Assembly: GCA_958296055.1 (NCBI GenBank)
Contig: CATQHS010000001.1
Location: 579,808-643,807, forward strand
DNA length: 64,000 bases
Source: an uncultured Acidimicrobiales bacterium
Lineage (GTDB): Bacteria; Actinomycetota; Acidimicrobiia; Acidimicrobiales; Aldehydirespiratoraceae
Direction of reading: 5' to 3'
Each line of letters begins with the position of its first letter. Position 1 is the first letter of the stretch. Under the pieces are notes generated by a model that saw only the letters and a list, made by a program, of their open reading frames with translations, was not told the origin of the DNA and ran no database searches. Shown here piece by piece: positions 62,315-64,000 of this stretch. Made by a program: the position numbers and the translations under genes.

Positions 62315-64000
62315 TCAGGTCGGGGATCGCATCAGCAGCGAAGCCACCTGGGCCCGGGTGACGGGATCATCGGGGCAGAACCGGAGCGGCGGACCGGCCG
62401 AGCAGCCCCGGGTGACCCCAGCCGCGGCCAGAGCCGACACCGCCGCCGCCGTCTCGGTGCCGGGGTCCACATCGGCGAAGGCGGGGCCCTCGCCGGGAGG
62501 CAGGTCCAGGGTCCGGGCGAGCATCACCGCCAGCTCGGCCCGGGTGATCGGCTCGGCGGGCCGGTACCGGGCGCCGTCGGGGCCGGCGGATACGGCCCCG
62601 GCATCGACCAGCGCGCCCAGATAGCCGGCGTACCAGGCGACCGGGTCGACGTCGGCGAACCCGGCGGCCGATCCGGCGGCGGGGGCCAGGCCCGCGGCCC
62701 GGGCCAGGAACACCGCGGCCTGGGCCCGGGTCACCTCGTCGCCGGGGCAGAACCGGTACCGGTCGCAGCCCCGGGTGATCCCGGTCGAGGCCAGCCAGTC
62801 GATGGCGGTCTCGTGGACCGAGCCGTCGTCGTCGAAGAAGGCTCCCGTCAGCGGGCCGGACCCGACCCAGACCGAGTACCCGGACCCGTCCGAGGCGTGC
62901 TCCAGCACTCGGACGCGGACGCCGTCCAACACGATGTCCTCGCCCACGTCGAACACGTGGACCACATCGCCGGAGCGGCCGGTGAGGGTCAGGGGCAGGG
63001 TGCGCCGATCCAGCCCCCAGCACGCGCCCATCCAGGGGGTGTCGCAGGCTGCGGCCGACTGGTCGATGAGGTACGCCTCCACCCCCTCAGACGGGATGGC
63101 GTCGTCGTAGCCCGACTTGACCCTGGCCTCGAAGGTGTAGAACACCCCGGGCCGGCCGGTGGGCAGCACCAGCATCTGCCGTCCGGGCCGGCCCACGGGC
63201 GCCAGGTCGTAGAGGGCGCCCGGGTGGGGGTCGCCCGCCGCCGCCGGATGAACGGCCACCTGCTCGGGAGGCAGCCACCCGGCCGCGTAGCGGTTCACGG
63301 CCGGGGTCCCGATGATGGTTCGGCTGCCGCTCATCAGGTCCATGAGGTTGTCGTACTCGTTGGACCCGCCTTCAGGAGCGTGGAAGCTGTGGGGCCATCT
63401 CAGGGCGTGGCCTATCTCGTGCACCAGGGTTCTGCCCACCAAAGTGACGCCCGGGACCGGGACGACCGCCACCGCGCCGAGGAAGATCTGGCGGCCGTTG
63501 TCGGGCCACTGGCAGAGAACCTCGGGCTCCGCACCGCCGACGACGGCTACCCCGCACGGGACCGCCCCGAACAAGGCGGCGCCGATCACGGTGCCGTTCG
63601 CCACCAGGCCTTCCAGGGTCAGGGTGTCCATGGCGATGATCGCCCCGTTGGCGGGCGGCTCGGTCTTGAATCGCTCGACGGCCTCGGCGCAGCCGTCCAA
63701 GTCGTCGGCGGCGACGGTGTTGGCCGTCAGGAACTCCGGCGAGTACCGGCCCTCCGACAGCCAGTCGAAGTAGGGCTGGGCCTTGTCCTCGAAGAACTGG
63801 GCCGCTTCGAACGGGTCGACGACCCGGTCGGCGTCGGGGGTGTCGCACGACCACACCGCGAACAGGTCGGCGCCGGCGGAGTAGGCGCGAGTCAGCTCGC
63901 TCCAGGCGATAAGGCCGAGCGGATCGGCCCGGTAGGCGGCCTCGGCCTGATCGGCGGCCGGTGGGGTCTGGGCCGCGGCCGGCGAGGCGGCCAGGGCCGA
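62315..64000 (-). CDS. secreted zinc metalloprotease (HExxH) with three C-terminal SLH-like repeats; 5' end beyond the window
   Basis: HEIGHAL is present. There are three repeats of the F[AF]D[VD]...TRGC...FCP...TRAQ type. The reading frame stays open upstream of the track start (63856) to position 64000 (...ALAASPAAAQTPPAADQ...). Confidence 0.7.
   Translation of the reverse strand, partial: SALAASPAAAQTPPAADQAEAAYRADPLGLIAWSELTRAYSAGADLFAVWSCDTPDADRVVDPFEAAQFFEDKAQPYFDWLSEGRYSPEFLTANTVAADDLDGCAEAVERFKTEPPANGAIIAMDTLTLEGLVANGTVIGAALFGAVPCGVAVVGGAEPEVLCQWPDNGRQIFLGAVAVVPVPGVTLVGRTLVHEIGHALRWPHSFHAPEGGSNEYDNLMDLMSGSRTIIGTPAVNRYAAGWLPPEQVAVHPAAAGDPHPGALYDLAPVGRPGRQMLVLPTGRPGVFYTFEARVKSGYDDAIPSEGVEAYLIDQSAAACDTPWMGACWGLDRRTLPLTLTGRSGDVVHVFDVGEDIVLDGVRVRVLEHASDGSGYSVWVGSGPLTGAFFDDDGSVHETAIDWLASTGITRGCDRYRFCPGDEVTRAQAAVFLARAAGLAPAAGSAAGFADVDPVAWYAGYLGALVDAGAVSAGPDGARYRPAEPITRAELAVMLARTLDLPPGEGPAFADVDPGTETAAAVSALAAAGVTRGCSAGPPLRFCPDDPVTRAQVASLLMRSPT

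Noticed and set aside
58983-62624. 1213-aa ORF on the plus strand, the longest in the track
   Set aside because: It is antisense to leuS. Its translation is Gly/Arg/Pro/Val-rich low complexity with no motif. leuS on the opposite strand has HIGH/KMSKS signatures. Long stop-free antisense frames are expected at this GC content.
1-64000. tRNA, rRNA, tmRNA or other structured RNA genes in the intergenic regions
   Set aside because: I inspected all gaps longer than 50 nt by eye. None shows tRNA-like cloverleaf arms or rRNA-like conserved blocks. tRNAscan or Infernal would be needed to be certain.

Overview
High-GC chromosomal segment of actinobacterial type. Hand counts of flanking 60-nt lines give about 67 % G+C. 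A mycothiol-type DinB enzyme, an F420/LLM oxidoreductase, leaderless-looking starts and pervasive GTGA/ATGA start-stop overlaps all fit Actinomycetota; no finer placement is possible. I support about 60 protein genes. I recognised no rRNA, tRNA, CRISPR array, transposase or integrase. Core content: an ABC-2 exporter; a Ski2-like DEAD/DEAH helicase; a 5-gene Opp/Dpp-type peptide ABC importer; a CoA-transferase alpha/beta pair; several SDRs; an NfeD-flotillin pair; ribokinase plus nucleoside hydrolase; ArfB, MetY, methionine aminopeptidase, a CDF transporter, rhodanese, Ppx/GppA, two aminotransferases, Tag, a YcaQ/AlkZ-like glycosylase and LeuS; and an SLH-tailed metalloprotease that runs off the 3' edge. 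Accessory content: two DUF222-HNH (REP13E12-type) genes; a MazEF-like and a HigBA-like toxin-antitoxin pair; a truncated UvrD-like helicase remnant; and an RNA ligase (DRB0094/Rnl5-like) plus orphan beta-class DNA amino-methyltransferase islet. Four things stand out. (1) A 2.47-kb gene of roughly 40 % GC encodes an 823-aa GT-C-like membrane protein with a duplicated uncharacterised C-terminal module. It is wedged between GC-rich genes with overlapping stop/start codons on both sides. (2) An 87-nt palindromic MITE/REP-like element is present in 4 full copies plus fragments. One copy sits in frame inside an HNH gene. (3) At least 13 gene boundaries carry diverged short tandem duplications (13-74 bp) that span a start or stop codon. 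Four of these create short bridging ORFs that keep stop/start overlap coupling. (4) There are AT-rich islands with iteron-like repeats, a long bidirectional terminator hairpin, and a G6-tract array. I found no clearly new multi-gene system such as a defence operon. The hypotheses below are graded accordingly.
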